Of a DNA stretch of 64,000 nucleotides, positions 1-9,867 are shown piece after piece (position 1 is the first letter of the stretch; every line of letters begins with the position of its first letter). The notes under the pieces are model-generated. The model was not told the origin of the DNA. It worked only from the letters and a program-made list of their open reading frames with translations, and did not search any database. This stretch comes from Bacteroidales bacterium (GTDB lineage Bacteria; Bacteroidota; Bacteroidia; Bacteroidales; UBA12077), in NCBI GenBank assembly GCA_028282585.1, contig JANQHR010000020.1, positions 1 to 64,000 on the forward strand, in the 5' to 3' direction. A program made the translations under genes and the position numbers.

Positions 1-47
1 TAAGGTTTTATTTCTGTGCTTCTTTTTGTATAAGTTTTAAAAGCTCA

Positions 48-446
48 TTATCCCATTAATCTAAAATGAGTTCCTATCATTTTAAATTCAGCTATACAAA
101 TATCCTTGTATTGCATTCCAATATCTTCAATATCTTCATCATCTTCCTCATAGTACCAAACAACACTCACATCTGAATTTTTAAGATCTACCAAATGATT
201 AATTCTCCTAAAAATGTCAATAAAAACTTTAGATGAAGATGTATTTAACAAAACCATTCTAAATTCGAAAACCGTTTTATCATTTGGAGACTCTGAATAT
301 TTGTCAATCCATTCCAATGCCGGTTTATAAAATGTAACTGCATTTTCAGGTAACGACCTTCCGTGTATTTGTAAAAATCCTGTTTTAGCATTAAAGTTTA
401 TTGATGGGCTCACCTCTGTTGCCTTTATAAATATTTTTTTTTTCAT
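48..446 (-). CDS. SiaC/DUF1987 family regulatory phosphoprotein
   Basis: 132 aa with family motifs GRSLPENA, LNTSSSK and WYYEEDDEDI. Confidence 0.8.
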   Translation of the reverse strand: MKKKIFIKATEVSPSINFNAKTGFLQIHGRSLPENAVTFYKPALEWIDKYSESPNDKTVFEFRMVLLNTSSSKVFIDIFRRINHLVDLKNSDVSVVWYYEEDDEDIEDIGMQYKDICIAEFKMIGTHFRLMG

Positions 447-475
447 TTGTTTGAAATTATTGTTTGAAATAAGTT

Positions 476-2461
476 TTATAAAGAAGATATTATTTTAATT
501 TCGGTTCTTCTATTTTCTGTTCTTCCCTGTTCATTGTCATTTGTACTAATTGGCTGATTCTCTCCATATCCTTTATATGTAAGTCTTTCCTTTTCTATTC
601 CCTTTTCCAATAAATATTGATAAACTGATTTAGCCCTGTTATCTGATAATTTTAGGTTATATTCATTAGTACCTACATTATCAGTATGTCCGGAAATCTC
701 AATAATTAAACTCGGGTTATTGCTTAGGAATTGCAATAATTTGGCTAATTCCACTTTTGATTTTTCTTCAAGTTCATATGAATCAGTAGCATAGAAAATA
801 TTTCTCAAAATAATTCTTTCGCCTGTTTTTATTGGCATCAATGCAATATCTTTCAAATACGGATCAGAAATTTCATGTACACCCTTTAGTTCAAAATTAT
901 CTGAATAAAACAAATATCCTTTTTTCGAAACATTTAAGGCATAGTCATTATTGGTTGGAATACAAACTAAAAATTCACCAGAATTTTTATCTGATTCAGC
1001 TTGCATAATCAACTCGTTTGTTTCCAAGTCAATCAATTCAAAACTTGCGTTAATGTTTTTCTTGCTTTCCGCATCAAATACTTTACCTTTTAAATATGAT
1101 ACCGGATTAGGCCTTGCTTCCTTATAAAGCTCAAATTCAAAAATATCTCTTCCTTTATTGCTTAGTCTATCAGACGAAAAAAACGCTTTATCACCTTTGG
1201 CATTAACAATCAATCCAATTTCATCAAAAATTGTATTTATTGGGTATCCTAAATTTATTGGCTCACTCCAAGTACCATCATCATTCCTAGTAGTTTTAAA
1301 TAGATCAAATCCACCCATACCTGTATGACCATTAGAAGCAAAATAAAGTGTTTTATTATCAGGATGAATAAAAGGCGATTGTTCTTGACCGGAACTGTTA
1401 ATTTTTTCACCCAAATTAACAGGTTTGGTCCAATTTCCATTTGGTAGAAGATTACTCATCCATATATCTTTTTGTCCTTGTCCGCCACCCCTATTACTTA
1501 TGAAATAAAGTGTTTTCCCATCAGGTGATATACTTGGTTGTGCTTCCCAAGCTGCTGTGTTGATAGGTGAACTAATATTAAGAGGTTCAGTCCATTCATT
1601 ATTTTCCAACTCACTCCTATAAATATCACACCTTCCCTTCCCATCCGGTCTGTTACAAGCAGTAAAGTACATTATTCTACCATCAACTAATAAAGTTTGG
1701 GCTCCCTCGTTTCCTGCTGAATTCAATGGTTCACCAATATTCTTAGCTTTACCCCATACATCATTTTCTTTTACACTAACAAAAAAATCTTCCTGTATAT
1801 TACTAAACATTGATAAGCCCTGTGGGTTTCGCTGCATATTTTGCTGATTAACATTTCCACTAAGCTCATTATTCATATCTTTTGGAACCAAACGGGTAAT
1901 AACTAATGTTTGTTCATCAGCTGTTAAACTAGGCCAATATTCATCATATTGAGTATTAATATTCTCACCAATATTAACAGGATTGAACGGTACAGGGTTT
2001 TTAATTGCTTCTATAGCAAAATTGCATGATTCAAGTTTTCTTTTTGCCTGAGAAATGGAAATAGGCTTTAAATTAGTATAAGTAAGGTATTTTTCCAAAT
2101 ATTTTTTCGCAGTTTCAAAATCATTTTCCCTCATTTGTAATTGGGCTAATGAAAAATATAGGCCCGGGAAAAAATCAGGATCAATCTTTAAGACATTTTC
2201 ATATGACGCTATGGCATTTCTTGTATCTCCGTTTTCAATATATATTTCTGCTAATACTATATGTGCTTCAGTAAATTCGTCATCATATTTTATTGCTTTT
2301 TTCATTAACTGAACCGCAGTAAAATAATCTTTTCGATTAAATGATTGCAAAGCTTCTTCATATGCACTTATTGCCTTTTTATTTTTAGTAGAATAAGTAT
2401 ACTGACTATGAGCTATTAAGGAAGCTAGCAAAAAACTTGTTATAAAAATAAATATTCGCAT
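476..2461 (-). CDS. TPR + PD40 beta-propeller + OmpA_C protein (PorE-like)
   Basis: Signal peptide, TPRs, PD40 repeats (PSISPDGKTLYF, SPFIHPDNKTLYF) and an OmpA domain (ISGHTDNVG, NLKLSDNRA, NRRTE). Confidence 0.85.
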   Translation of the reverse strand: MRIFIFITSFLLASLIAHSQYTYSTKNKKAISAYEEALQSFNRKDYFTAVQLMKKAIKYDDEFTEAHIVLAEIYIENGDTRNAIASYENVLKIDPDFFPGLYFSLAQLQMRENDFETAKKYLEKYLTYTNLKPISISQAKRKLESCNFAIEAIKNPVPFNPVNIGENINTQYDEYWPSLTADEQTLVITRLVPKDMNNELSGNVNQQNMQRNPQGLSMFSNIQEDFFVSVKENDVWGKAKNIGEPLNSAGNEGAQTLLVDGRIMYFTACNRPDGKGRCDIYRSELENNEWTEPLNISSPINTAAWEAQPSISPDGKTLYFISNRGGGQGQKDIWMSNLLPNGNWTKPVNLGEKINSSGQEQSPFIHPDNKTLYFASNGHTGMGGFDLFKTTRNDDGTWSEPINLGYPINTIFDEIGLIVNAKGDKAFFSSDRLSNKGRDIFEFELYKEARPNPVSYLKGKVFDAESKKNINASFELIDLETNELIMQAESDKNSGEFLVCIPTNNDYALNVSKKGYLFYSDNFELKGVHEISDPYLKDIALMPIKTGERIILRNIFYATDSYELEEKSKVELAKLLQFLSNNPSLIIEISGHTDNVGTNEYNLKLSDNRAKSVYQYLLEKGIEKERLTYKGYGENQPISTNDNEQGRTENRRTEIKIISSL

Positions 2462-2574
2462 AATTGTCTGGATAATTTATAGACAATGAAGTTACGAAAA
2501 AATACTTAAAACATATTTAATTAAAAAATTCATATAGTTTGAGAATTACTAAAAACAGGTTATTTATTTAAAAG

Positions 2575-2604
2575 ATTTCTCCCCAGCAAAAACTGAGGAG
2601 AAAT
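2575..2604. terminator. Hairpin downstream of the SBBP-repeat gene
   Basis: ATTTCTCCCCAG...CTGAGGAGAAAT imperfect inverted repeat. Confidence 0.45.
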
Positions 2605-2650
2605 AACAAGGTTAGATATTATAGTTATTAATATCATTCTCTCATAAATA

Positions 2651-4204
2651 TTAATGTTTATTCATTAATTCACTATTTTCTAAAATTAACTTACCTAGCA
2701 TAAGATAAGTTGGCGGTTCCATAAACCTATTTTCAGTTATAGGAAAACCTGTCATACCAGCCGCTTCACGTTGTCCAGCTTCTCCTGCAAAACTAATATT
2801 TCCATGTTGATCCAAATGAATTCTAAACTGAAAACAATCACCTAAATATGTTGAGTATAAAAGTTTATTATTTTTAATATCCACTACTGCTACAAATGAT
2901 TTCCTTCGACCCCAAAAAGTTGAATTAAAGGTTTTTTCCCACACAGGATATTCGGAATACAAAGCATTTTCAGTTAAAGGAAAATCTACGGAGTTTGTCT
3001 TTCCTCCTAAAACAATATTATGCTCATTAAGAAAATATGCTCCCTGAATGTGCTCAGCTTCGCTTCCTCCAATTAAACTCGAATATAAAAGGGTCATATT
3101 TTCTGAATTAAAAACTGCAAAAAAACCATCTCTATCACCAATAATTCTTTTTCCTATAATATTCTCAGTTATGGTGGCAAAACCCTCATTTTTAGTACTA
3201 CCACTTACAACTAATCTATTTGGTCTTGACCAGCTAACATTAGAACCCATATGACCACCCGCTCCAATATAACTAAGATACAAGATCTCTGTTCCGGTTT
3301 CATTTATTTTAGCTATAAAATGATCTATACCATCTTCAAATCCGCCTACTTTAGGCATTATTATTTCCTTTCTAATAGCAGCGTTGGTTACTGGAAGATT
3401 AGCAGATACGGTAAAACCTGTTGCATAAATATTATCTTCATCATCAACGGCAACGCTGGTAATCATATCCATAACGCCATTGCCCAAAAATGTGGAGAAT
3501 ATAAGTTTTTCACCTGTGGGGTTAAATTTGGAAATAAAACAGTCTTGTTTTGTAAGCTCCTTACTAATTACTCCTTTTGTTGTTGGAAAATCAGATGACA
3601 ATGTTGTCCCCGCAATAATAATATTTCCTTTAGAATCAATCTTTACTTCTCCAGATCCAGCTGTTTCTTCTAGTTCTCCTCCAATAAAAGTAGAAAATAT
3701 AATTTCGCTTCCTGAAGGATTTATTTTAGTCAAAAAAACATCACCTGCCCATTCACCTTCTCCATTAAAACTGGTATCATAAGCTCCAGAGGTCACTGGA
3801 AAATCAGAAGAATGTGTGCCACCTATTAAATAAATAAAACCTTCATTATCAACGGTTATTCCAGTATGATGTTCTCTTTTCGATCCTCCTATAAGTGTTG
3901 CAAAAACTATTTCACCCTCGGATGAAAATTTAGCAACAAAAGCATCGGCATTTCCTTTTAATTCAGTCTGATATGCTCCTTCTGTCGCAGGGAAATTCTT
4001 ATCTCTTGTATTTCCTGAAATATATGTGCTTCCTTCTTTATCTGTATAAATATCGAAATTCGCAGCGTATTTATCAGTATGTGATAGGTAGGTAGAGAAA
4101 CCAAGACTATATTCTATTTTTTTGGGCAGTTCATTTGTCTGCGATAATAAATCTCCATTACTAAAATAGAACAACAATAAAATAAAACTAACTTTTTTTA
4201 GCAT
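2651..4204 (-). CDS. Secreted SBBP-repeat (beta-propeller) protein
   Basis: Repeated D..G..Y..G.T.S.DFP.T..A and D.F..K.N..G motifs. Start set at ATG 4204 (MLKKVSF, signal peptide); the ORF track begins at 4252. Confidence 0.75.
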   Translation of the reverse strand: MLKKVSFILLLFYFSNGDLLSQTNELPKKIEYSLGFSTYLSHTDKYAANFDIYTDKEGSTYISGNTRDKNFPATEGAYQTELKGNADAFVAKFSSEGEIVFATLIGGSKREHHTGITVDNEGFIYLIGGTHSSDFPVTSGAYDTSFNGEGEWAGDVFLTKINPSGSEIIFSTFIGGELEETAGSGEVKIDSKGNIIIAGTTLSSDFPTTKGVISKELTKQDCFISKFNPTGEKLIFSTFLGNGVMDMITSVAVDDEDNIYATGFTVSANLPVTNAAIRKEIIMPKVGGFEDGIDHFIAKINETGTEILYLSYIGAGGHMGSNVSWSRPNRLVVSGSTKNEGFATITENIIGKRIIGDRDGFFAVFNSENMTLLYSSLIGGSEAEHIQGAYFLNEHNIVLGGKTNSVDFPLTENALYSEYPVWEKTFNSTFWGRRKSFVAVVDIKNNKLLYSTYLGDCFQFRIHLDQHGNISFAGEAGQREAAGMTGFPITENRFMEPPTYLMLGKLILENSELMNKH

Positions 4205-4286
4205 AATATTCTTTTTTAAATTAAAATAAATCAGATCTTTAAATCTATACAAAACAAATAAACTCTATCTATGATAGTCCATTCAA

Positions 4287-4318
4287 ATTGCGACAAGTAT
4301 AACCGCTCATTGAGACAA
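4287..4318 (-). promoter_or_regulatory. Direct repeat, probable binding site of the adjacent hybrid two-component regulator
   Basis: ATTGCGACAA (4287-4296) and ATTGAGACAA (4309-4318), 22 bp apart, upstream of the SBBP gene. Confidence 0.5.
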
Positions 4319-4362
4319 ATGTCAAAAAAACAAGGAATATATTTAAAACAAACCTAACGAGT

Positions 4363-7300
4363 TTATTTATATGTGGATGGAGAAACTCCATGAAAACTTT
4401 TAAATGCCTGGCTAAATCGGTTGGTATCTTCGTACCCCACCATTAAGGCAACTTCGTTTACACGGTAATTTTTATTTTTGAAAAGTTCAGCAGCGTAAGA
4501 CATCCTCGTGTATTTTATCAGGTCAACTGGCGATTTACCAGTTAGGGCTTTAAATTTACGTAACAAAGTTCTTCTGTGAATATTAATATTTTCTGCGAGG
4601 GATTCGACTGTAAAGCTATTGTTGTCAATATTTTCTTTGACTATTGTGATACAATCATTAAGGAATTTTTTATCGTATTTGGAGTAATTATTGTTAGAAC
4701 GTTTAATGTCTGTGAAACTAAATTGCTTTCTTGTATTTTCGTTAGTTGTAATTAGATTACTTACTTTTTTAACTAATATATCAGAGTCAAAAGGTTTTAC
4801 AATGTAATCATCTGCACCACAGTCATACCCATCTACTATACTTTCGGATGCACCTTTAGCCGTAAACAGGATAATTGTGATATGGCTTGTGTTTATATCA
4901 TTTTTTAATAATTTACATAATTTGTTACCACGAATTTTTGGCATCATAATATCGCTAATAATCAAATCAGGTATATGTTTTAAAGCCATTTCTTTTCCTT
5001 CCAACCCGTCCTTTGCACAAATAACGTTATATGATTGAGTAAATAAATCATATAAAAATAATCGTAGTTCATAATTGTCTTCAATGATTAAGATACACGC
5101 CAATTTGTTATCTGAATCTTCAGCTATATGTTCTTCCAAATTTTCAAATAATAACTTTTTTGGTTTAATTTCAATTCTAAAAGGAGTTTCCGAACGAAAT
5201 TTTACTTTTTCCAAAGGGAAAGTTAGGTTTACAGTTGTTCCCATACCCACTTCACTTGATATCTGGAGCTTTCCATTCATTAGTTCCACCAATTCTTTTA
5301 CATAAGCAAGTCCAATTCCAGTTCCTTCAGCTTCAAAATCCGATTTTTCAACCTGATAATATCGTTCACCCAATCTTTTAAAATGTTTATCTTCAATACC
5401 TTTTCCAGTATCAATGATTTTTATTAATAAATCATTTAGTTTAACTTCCAAAATTAATTTTACCTGGCCATCCAATTTGTTATACTTAAAGGCGTTTGAT
5501 AATAAGTTATTAAGGATTGATTGAAATCTTTCTCTATCAAATCTTATATAGGCTTTACCAATATTTGATTCAAACATAAGCCTGCAATTGCTTTGATAAC
5601 AATATCCTTCAAATGAAATAACCGTTTCATTACAGAAAGCAACTACATCAAAATTTGATAAATTAAGTTTTAACTTATGTTCATCTAATTTTTGTAAATC
5701 AAGAATTTGGTTTACCAGCATTTTTAATCTTTTAGTATTATCAAGTGATAATTGAATTTGGTTAGTAATACTTTTGTCAATGTTTTTAGATTTAAGAATT
5801 CTGTCTAACGGGGACATAATTAAAGTCAGTGGAGTGCGAATTTCATGAGAAACATTTGTAAAAAAATCAAGTTTTCTTTTACCGGATTCCTGTAACCTTT
5901 TTGATACTTCCTGAATTTCAGTTTTTTGTTTTATTAAAAGTTGATTATCCTTTTTTTTAAGCTTGTATGCCCTAAAAAGGAATATTACTAGAACAATAAA
6001 TACTGCTCCACCAGATATAGAAATATTTCTTATAAGCTTTTCTTTAGTTATTTTACTTTGCAGCTTGCTTGCTTCAAGTTTCCTTTCTTCCTCTTTACGT
6101 TCAAAAAAGAATTTCATTTCTAGTCTAGCTATCTCATTATATCTTTCGATTCCCGCTAAACTATCATTCATTTGGTTTACTATTTTTAAATAATCAGAAG
6201 CTACTTTAAACTCATTTCGTGAATAGTAAATATTACTAAGTGATTCCGCTGTTTTTTTTACTTTTTCCAATAAACCTAATTCTAAAGCTAACTTATGTGC
6301 TTTTTTTAAGTAAACTATGTAACTGTCTGTTTCTTGAATTGTTTGATAATAATTTGCAAGCTCAATAAATGATTTAATCATTTCCAAGCCCGATTCAATT
6401 TCAACAGCTATATTTCTTGCTTTGTCTAGATAAAAATAGGCTTGTTTAAAATCACCTTTCAAGATATAAAGATTTGCAGCTTCAATATAAGTACCATGAG
6501 CTAATATCTCAGGGCACGATTCACATATAACATCTATACTTTTTTGCATATAATACATGGCTGAATCATATTGGGAATTATGCTTATAATATCTTCCAAT
6601 CCGGCAATATGTATTCGAAAGTAATGTGTAGCTATTCTTTGAAGCATTATTTAATATGTTTTTTAAATATTGTATTGCTAAGGAATCATTTCCAGCAGTA
6701 AAATATAATTCACTAATACAAAGATCAACCCAGTTTATGTAAAGATTGTTACCCGTTTCTTTGAAAAGATTTTTTGCTTCTTGAAAATATTCGAGTGCTA
6801 TATCCTTATTTATATGATTATTGAGAAACAACTTGCCCGCACTAAAATATATTTTAGCTAACATACGCTTATCTCCTTTACTTTCAATATACTTTATTCC
6901 TTTCTGTAAATAACTATAAGCAAGTTTGTAATTATATTGCTCTGCATATATGGAGGTAATATTTTGATAACTGGTTAGTAAAGAATGAAAAGGGTAAATA
7001 TTATCCTTGTTTCTAATATTCTTTTTGTAATAAACCAAAGAACTGTCATATACGCCAATACTTTGATATACTCGTGCTATATAATTGTTTGTATGTGCAA
7101 TATACTCAACATTACTTAATTCATTAAACAACTCAAGCGCTCTTCTCTGATAAGCTATTGATTCATAATAATTAGATTTCCATTCTTCGATCCTCCCCAA
7201 ATAATGAAAAGAAGAAGCCAATATTTCTTTTTGATTCTGTTTCTCCGCTAACTCTAAAGTTTTTAAAAAAGTTTTTTCAGCTTGTTTATAATTACCTGCA

Positions 7301-7464
7301 TCATGCAGTTCTATAGCTTCATTGTAGAAATTAATTACCTGCTGGATACTAGGGGTATTAATATTCCATATATATATTGGAAGGCCAATGGATTGATTTG
7401 AATAAAAAGAATAAAAACAGCAAAAAAAGATTAATAACACTATTTTAATGCTTATTTTTTTCAA
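4363..7464 (-). CDS. Hybrid two-component system (TPR sensor, TM, HisKA, HATPase, REC, AraC HTH)
   Basis: FFTNVSHEIRTPL, NLLSNAFKY, GTGIGL, PDLIISDIMMP, and C-terminal EVALMVGYEDTNRFSQAFK. Confidence 0.9.
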   Translation of the reverse strand: MKKISIKIVLLIFFCCFYSFYSNQSIGLPIYIWNINTPSIQQVINFYNEAIELHDAGNYKQAEKTFLKTLELAEKQNQKEILASSFHYLGRIEEWKSNYYESIAYQRRALELFNELSNVEYIAHTNNYIARVYQSIGVYDSSLVYYKKNIRNKDNIYPFHSLLTSYQNITSIYAEQYNYKLAYSYLQKGIKYIESKGDKRMLAKIYFSAGKLFLNNHINKDIALEYFQEAKNLFKETGNNLYINWVDLCISELYFTAGNDSLAIQYLKNILNNASKNSYTLLSNTYCRIGRYYKHNSQYDSAMYYMQKSIDVICESCPEILAHGTYIEAANLYILKGDFKQAYFYLDKARNIAVEIESGLEMIKSFIELANYYQTIQETDSYIVYLKKAHKLALELGLLEKVKKTAESLSNIYYSRNEFKVASDYLKIVNQMNDSLAGIERYNEIARLEMKFFFERKEEERKLEASKLQSKITKEKLIRNISISGGAVFIVLVIFLFRAYKLKKKDNQLLIKQKTEIQEVSKRLQESGKRKLDFFTNVSHEIRTPLTLIMSPLDRILKSKNIDKSITNQIQLSLDNTKRLKMLVNQILDLQKLDEHKLKLNLSNFDVVAFCNETVISFEGYCYQSNCRLMFESNIGKAYIRFDRERFQSILNNLLSNAFKYNKLDGQVKLILEVKLNDLLIKIIDTGKGIEDKHFKRLGERYYQVEKSDFEAEGTGIGLAYVKELVELMNGKLQISSEVGMGTTVNLTFPLEKVKFRSETPFRIEIKPKKLLFENLEEHIAEDSDNKLACILIIEDNYELRLFLYDLFTQSYNVICAKDGLEGKEMALKHIPDLIISDIMMPKIRGNKLCKLLKNDINTSHITIILFTAKGASESIVDGYDCGADDYIVKPFDSDILVKKVSNLITTNENTRKQFSFTDIKRSNNNYSKYDKKFLNDCITIVKENIDNNSFTVESLAENINIHRRTLLRKFKALTGKSPVDLIKYTRMSYAAELFKNKNYRVNEVALMVGYEDTNRFSQAFKSFHGVSPSTYK

Positions 7465-7649
7465 TTTCCTTTTAATTATTTATCAATTAAAACAACTTTG
7501 TAAAATTATTTCATATAAAATCATTGATCTCTATAAACTTAAAAGTATAAATTACCACTGAATCTGAATTGGTATATTAACTACTTATAATAAGGTAATA
7601 AAATAAACTAAAAATTTTCTATTCGACAAAGCTTATTAAATAATTAGTT

Positions 7650-8300
7650 CTATGGTATATGCATAAACTTATGTGCTTGCAAAGAAATATTCCACTTTGG
7701 GTATGTTTTCACATAATCAACTATCGATAGAATATTTTGTTCATATTGGCTCCATTCCGATTGTAAGTAAAGCTTACATCTATTCGTAACTTTTTTTGAT
7801 GCTTCTTCTGCCCAACGATAATCTTTATCATCATGAATTATAACCTTTAATTCATCGGCAATTTCATAATATTTATCAAAAGGAGGACTTTGTCTTTTTG
7901 GAGATAAACATATCCAATCCCATGTACCGGTTAATTCTTTTGCTCCTGCAGTTTCAATAAATGTTTTAATACCATGAACCTTTAACTTATCCGTTAAGGG
8001 TTTTAGGTTAAAAAGACTAGGCTCACCTCCTGTTACGACGACCGCATTAGCCGGTGTTTTCAATGCATTTGAAACAATGGTATCAATTGAGACTAAAGGG
8101 TGAATACTTGGATTCCAGGAAACCTTTGAATCACACCAACGACAACCAATATCGCAACCTCCTATCCTAATAAAATATGCTGCTTTTCCTGTATGATATC
8201 CCTCTCCTTGTAAAGAATAAAATTCTTCAACTAAAGGCAATTCCAGCCCTGCTTCTGCTATTTTTTCATCAAAATTTCTCATTCCTTCAATTTTATCCAT
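7650..8300 (-). CDS. queE: 7-carboxy-7-deazaguanine synthase (radical SAM)
   Basis: EFYSLQGEG, CDIGCRWCD (CxxxCxxC), TGGEP, SLQAHK. The true start may be ATG 8282. Confidence 0.9.
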   Translation of the reverse strand: MDKIEGMRNFDEKIAEAGLELPLVEEFYSLQGEGYHTGKAAYFIRIGGCDIGCRWCDSKVSWNPSIHPLVSIDTIVSNALKTPANAVVVTGGEPSLFNLKPLTDKLKVHGIKTFIETAGAKELTGTWDWICLSPKRQSPPFDKYYEIADELKVIIHDDKDYRWAEEASKKVTNRCKLYLQSEWSQYEQNILSIVDYVKTYPKWNISLQAHKFMHIP

Positions 8301-8331
8301 GCAAAAATAAGGTATTTTTAAAATTTAATTG

Positions 8332-8360
8332 AACCTTGCAGGGATAATCCCTGCAAGGTT
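8332..8360 (-). terminator. Hairpin between trpB and queE
   Basis: Perfect inverted repeat AACCTTGCAGGGAT-A-ATCCCTGCAAGGTT just after the trpB stop. Confidence 0.6.
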
Positions 8361-8366
8361 AAGATA

Positions 8367-9563
8367 TCAAATTAGTTTTCTATCAACATCTTTATCGCCA
8401 CGCCCGGATAGGTTAACAATACTTAACTCGTTTTTGTTCTTCAACAATTTCATGGCTAATGCAACAGCATGCGATGATTCAATGGCAGGAATTATTCCTT
8501 CTAAAGCAGAAAGTTTCTTAAAAGCTTCAATGGCTTCTGCATCTGTAACAGAATGATATTCTGCTCTTTTAGACTCTTTTAGGAATGCATGTTCAGGCCC
8601 TACTCCCGGATAATCCAGTCCTGCAGCAATAGAATAAGTATCAATTGGGTTACCTTGTTTATCTGCAACACAATAAGAATAAGTTCCCTGAAAGACCATA
8701 GGTTTTCCCATAACTAAGGTTGATGCTGTCCTGCCTGGAATTAAACCTTCACCTCCACCTTCGGCTGAATAAATCCTTACCTTCTTATCTTCTAAAAATC
8801 CTGAATATAATCCAATAGCATTTGAGCCTCCGCCCACACATGCAAAGATAGAATCTGGGAGCCTCCCCTCCTGCTCTATAATCTGTTTTCTTGCTTCAGA
8901 CCCAATTATGCTCTGGAAAAATCGAACCATGCTTGGGTAAGGGTGTGGACCAACCGCTGAACCTAAAATATAAAATGCGTTAGAATTTTCGATATAGTAA
9001 CCTAAAGCAGCATCCACTGCATCTTTCAACGTTGCGGTACCCTGATCTGTTGTTATAAATTCAGACCCAAGCAATTTTATCCTGTATGCATTTAATTGTT
9101 GGCGTTCTGCATCTTTTTTGCCCATGAAAATTTTACATTTAATTCCCATTAAAGCTGCTGCGGTTGCCGTTGCAACACCATGTTGCCCCGCTCCGGTCTC
9201 AGCAATTATTTCTTTTGTCCCCATTCTTTTTGCAATTAAAATTTGCCCAATAGTATTATTAATTTTATGAGCGCCTGTATGATTTAAGTCTTCGCGTTTT
9301 AGATAAATACGGCTTCCAACCTCACTTGAAAGCCTTTGCGCAAAGTAAAGAGGCGAAGGGCGTCCAACGTATTGATTTAAATAGTAATTGAATTCTTTGA
9401 TAAATGTACTATCCGTTTTGAGTTCTTCAAATACTTCCGATAACTTTAAAAGTTTAGGTTCTAGTACAGGCGGGACAAACATGCCTCCAAATTCTCCAAA
9501 GTATCCCGGTTTGTTTTCTTGTTTATTTTCTTTTAATTCCGTTTTTATATATAATGTACTCAT
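8367..9563 (-). CDS. trpB: Tryptophan synthase beta chain
   Basis: KREDLNHTGAHKINN (PLP lysine), AETGAGQHG, CVGGGSNA, GLDYPGVGPEH, NLSGRGDKD. Confidence 0.95.
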   Translation of the reverse strand: MSTLYIKTELKENKQENKPGYFGEFGGMFVPPVLEPKLLKLSEVFEELKTDSTFIKEFNYYLNQYVGRPSPLYFAQRLSSEVGSRIYLKREDLNHTGAHKINNTIGQILIAKRMGTKEIIAETGAGQHGVATATAAALMGIKCKIFMGKKDAERQQLNAYRIKLLGSEFITTDQGTATLKDAVDAALGYYIENSNAFYILGSAVGPHPYPSMVRFFQSIIGSEARKQIIEQEGRLPDSIFACVGGGSNAIGLYSGFLEDKKVRIYSAEGGGEGLIPGRTASTLVMGKPMVFQGTYSYCVADKQGNPIDTYSIAAGLDYPGVGPEHAFLKESKRAEYHSVTDAEAIEAFKKLSALEGIIPAIESSHAVALAMKLLKNKNELSIVNLSGRGDKDVDRKLI

Positions 9564-9619
9564 TTTCTTATGTTTTAAATATTAATAACTGATTTATTTG
9601 ATGTATTTAATTTGACTTT

Positions 9620-9679
9620 TCAAATACGCCATAGAAACTGAATACGCCGCCACCAAAAAATGTATTGGTAATTATACAT
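9620..9679 (-). CDS. Second Trp-rich leader peptide MYNYQYIFWWRRIQFLWRI
   Basis: Hand translation of ATG 9679 to TGA 9620. Three Trp codons including WW; lies between the attenuator terminator and trpB. Confidence 0.65.
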   Translation of the reverse strand: MYNYQYIFWWRRIQFLWRI

Positions 9680-9696
9680 AGTGTAAAATTTTAAAC

Positions 9697-9724
9697 AAAA
9701 AAACCGCAGGTTATAACCTGCGGT
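9697..9724 (-). terminator. Attenuator intrinsic terminator
   Basis: Minus strand ACCGCAGGTTATAACCTGCGGT followed by a T-run. Confidence 0.85.
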
Positions 9725-9753
9725 CTTGATAATATTATAACATACAAAGTTGG

Positions 9754-9816
9754 TTATATACCTGTTTTATGATATATCATTTGCCTCCACCAATTTGTAT
9801 TTAAAATCTGTTTCAT
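9754..9816 (-). CDS. Trp attenuator leader peptide MKQILNTNWWRQMIYHKTGI
   Basis: Hand translation of ATG 9816 to TAA 9754. Tandem TGG TGG. The 3' end CAGGTATATAACC can pair with GGTTATAACCTG of the terminator (antiterminator). Confidence 0.8.
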   Translation of the reverse strand: MKQILNTNWWRQMIYHKTGI

Positions 9817-9833
9817 TTTTTCTTTATGTTTTA

Positions 9834-9841
9834 CAAATATA
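9834..9841 (-). promoter_or_regulatory. Bacteroidota -7 promoter element for the trp leader
   Basis: TATATTTG matches TAnnTTTG, about 18 nt before the leader ATG. Confidence 0.65.
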
Positions 9842-9867
9842 AGAATGATTTATAAAAATCAAAGTTC

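Noticed and set aside
3048-6193. Short plus-strand ORFs here and similar 60-160 aa ORFs overlapping long genes throughout the window
   Set aside because: They are antisense or alternate-frame shadows of well-supported CDSs and have no recognisable motifs.
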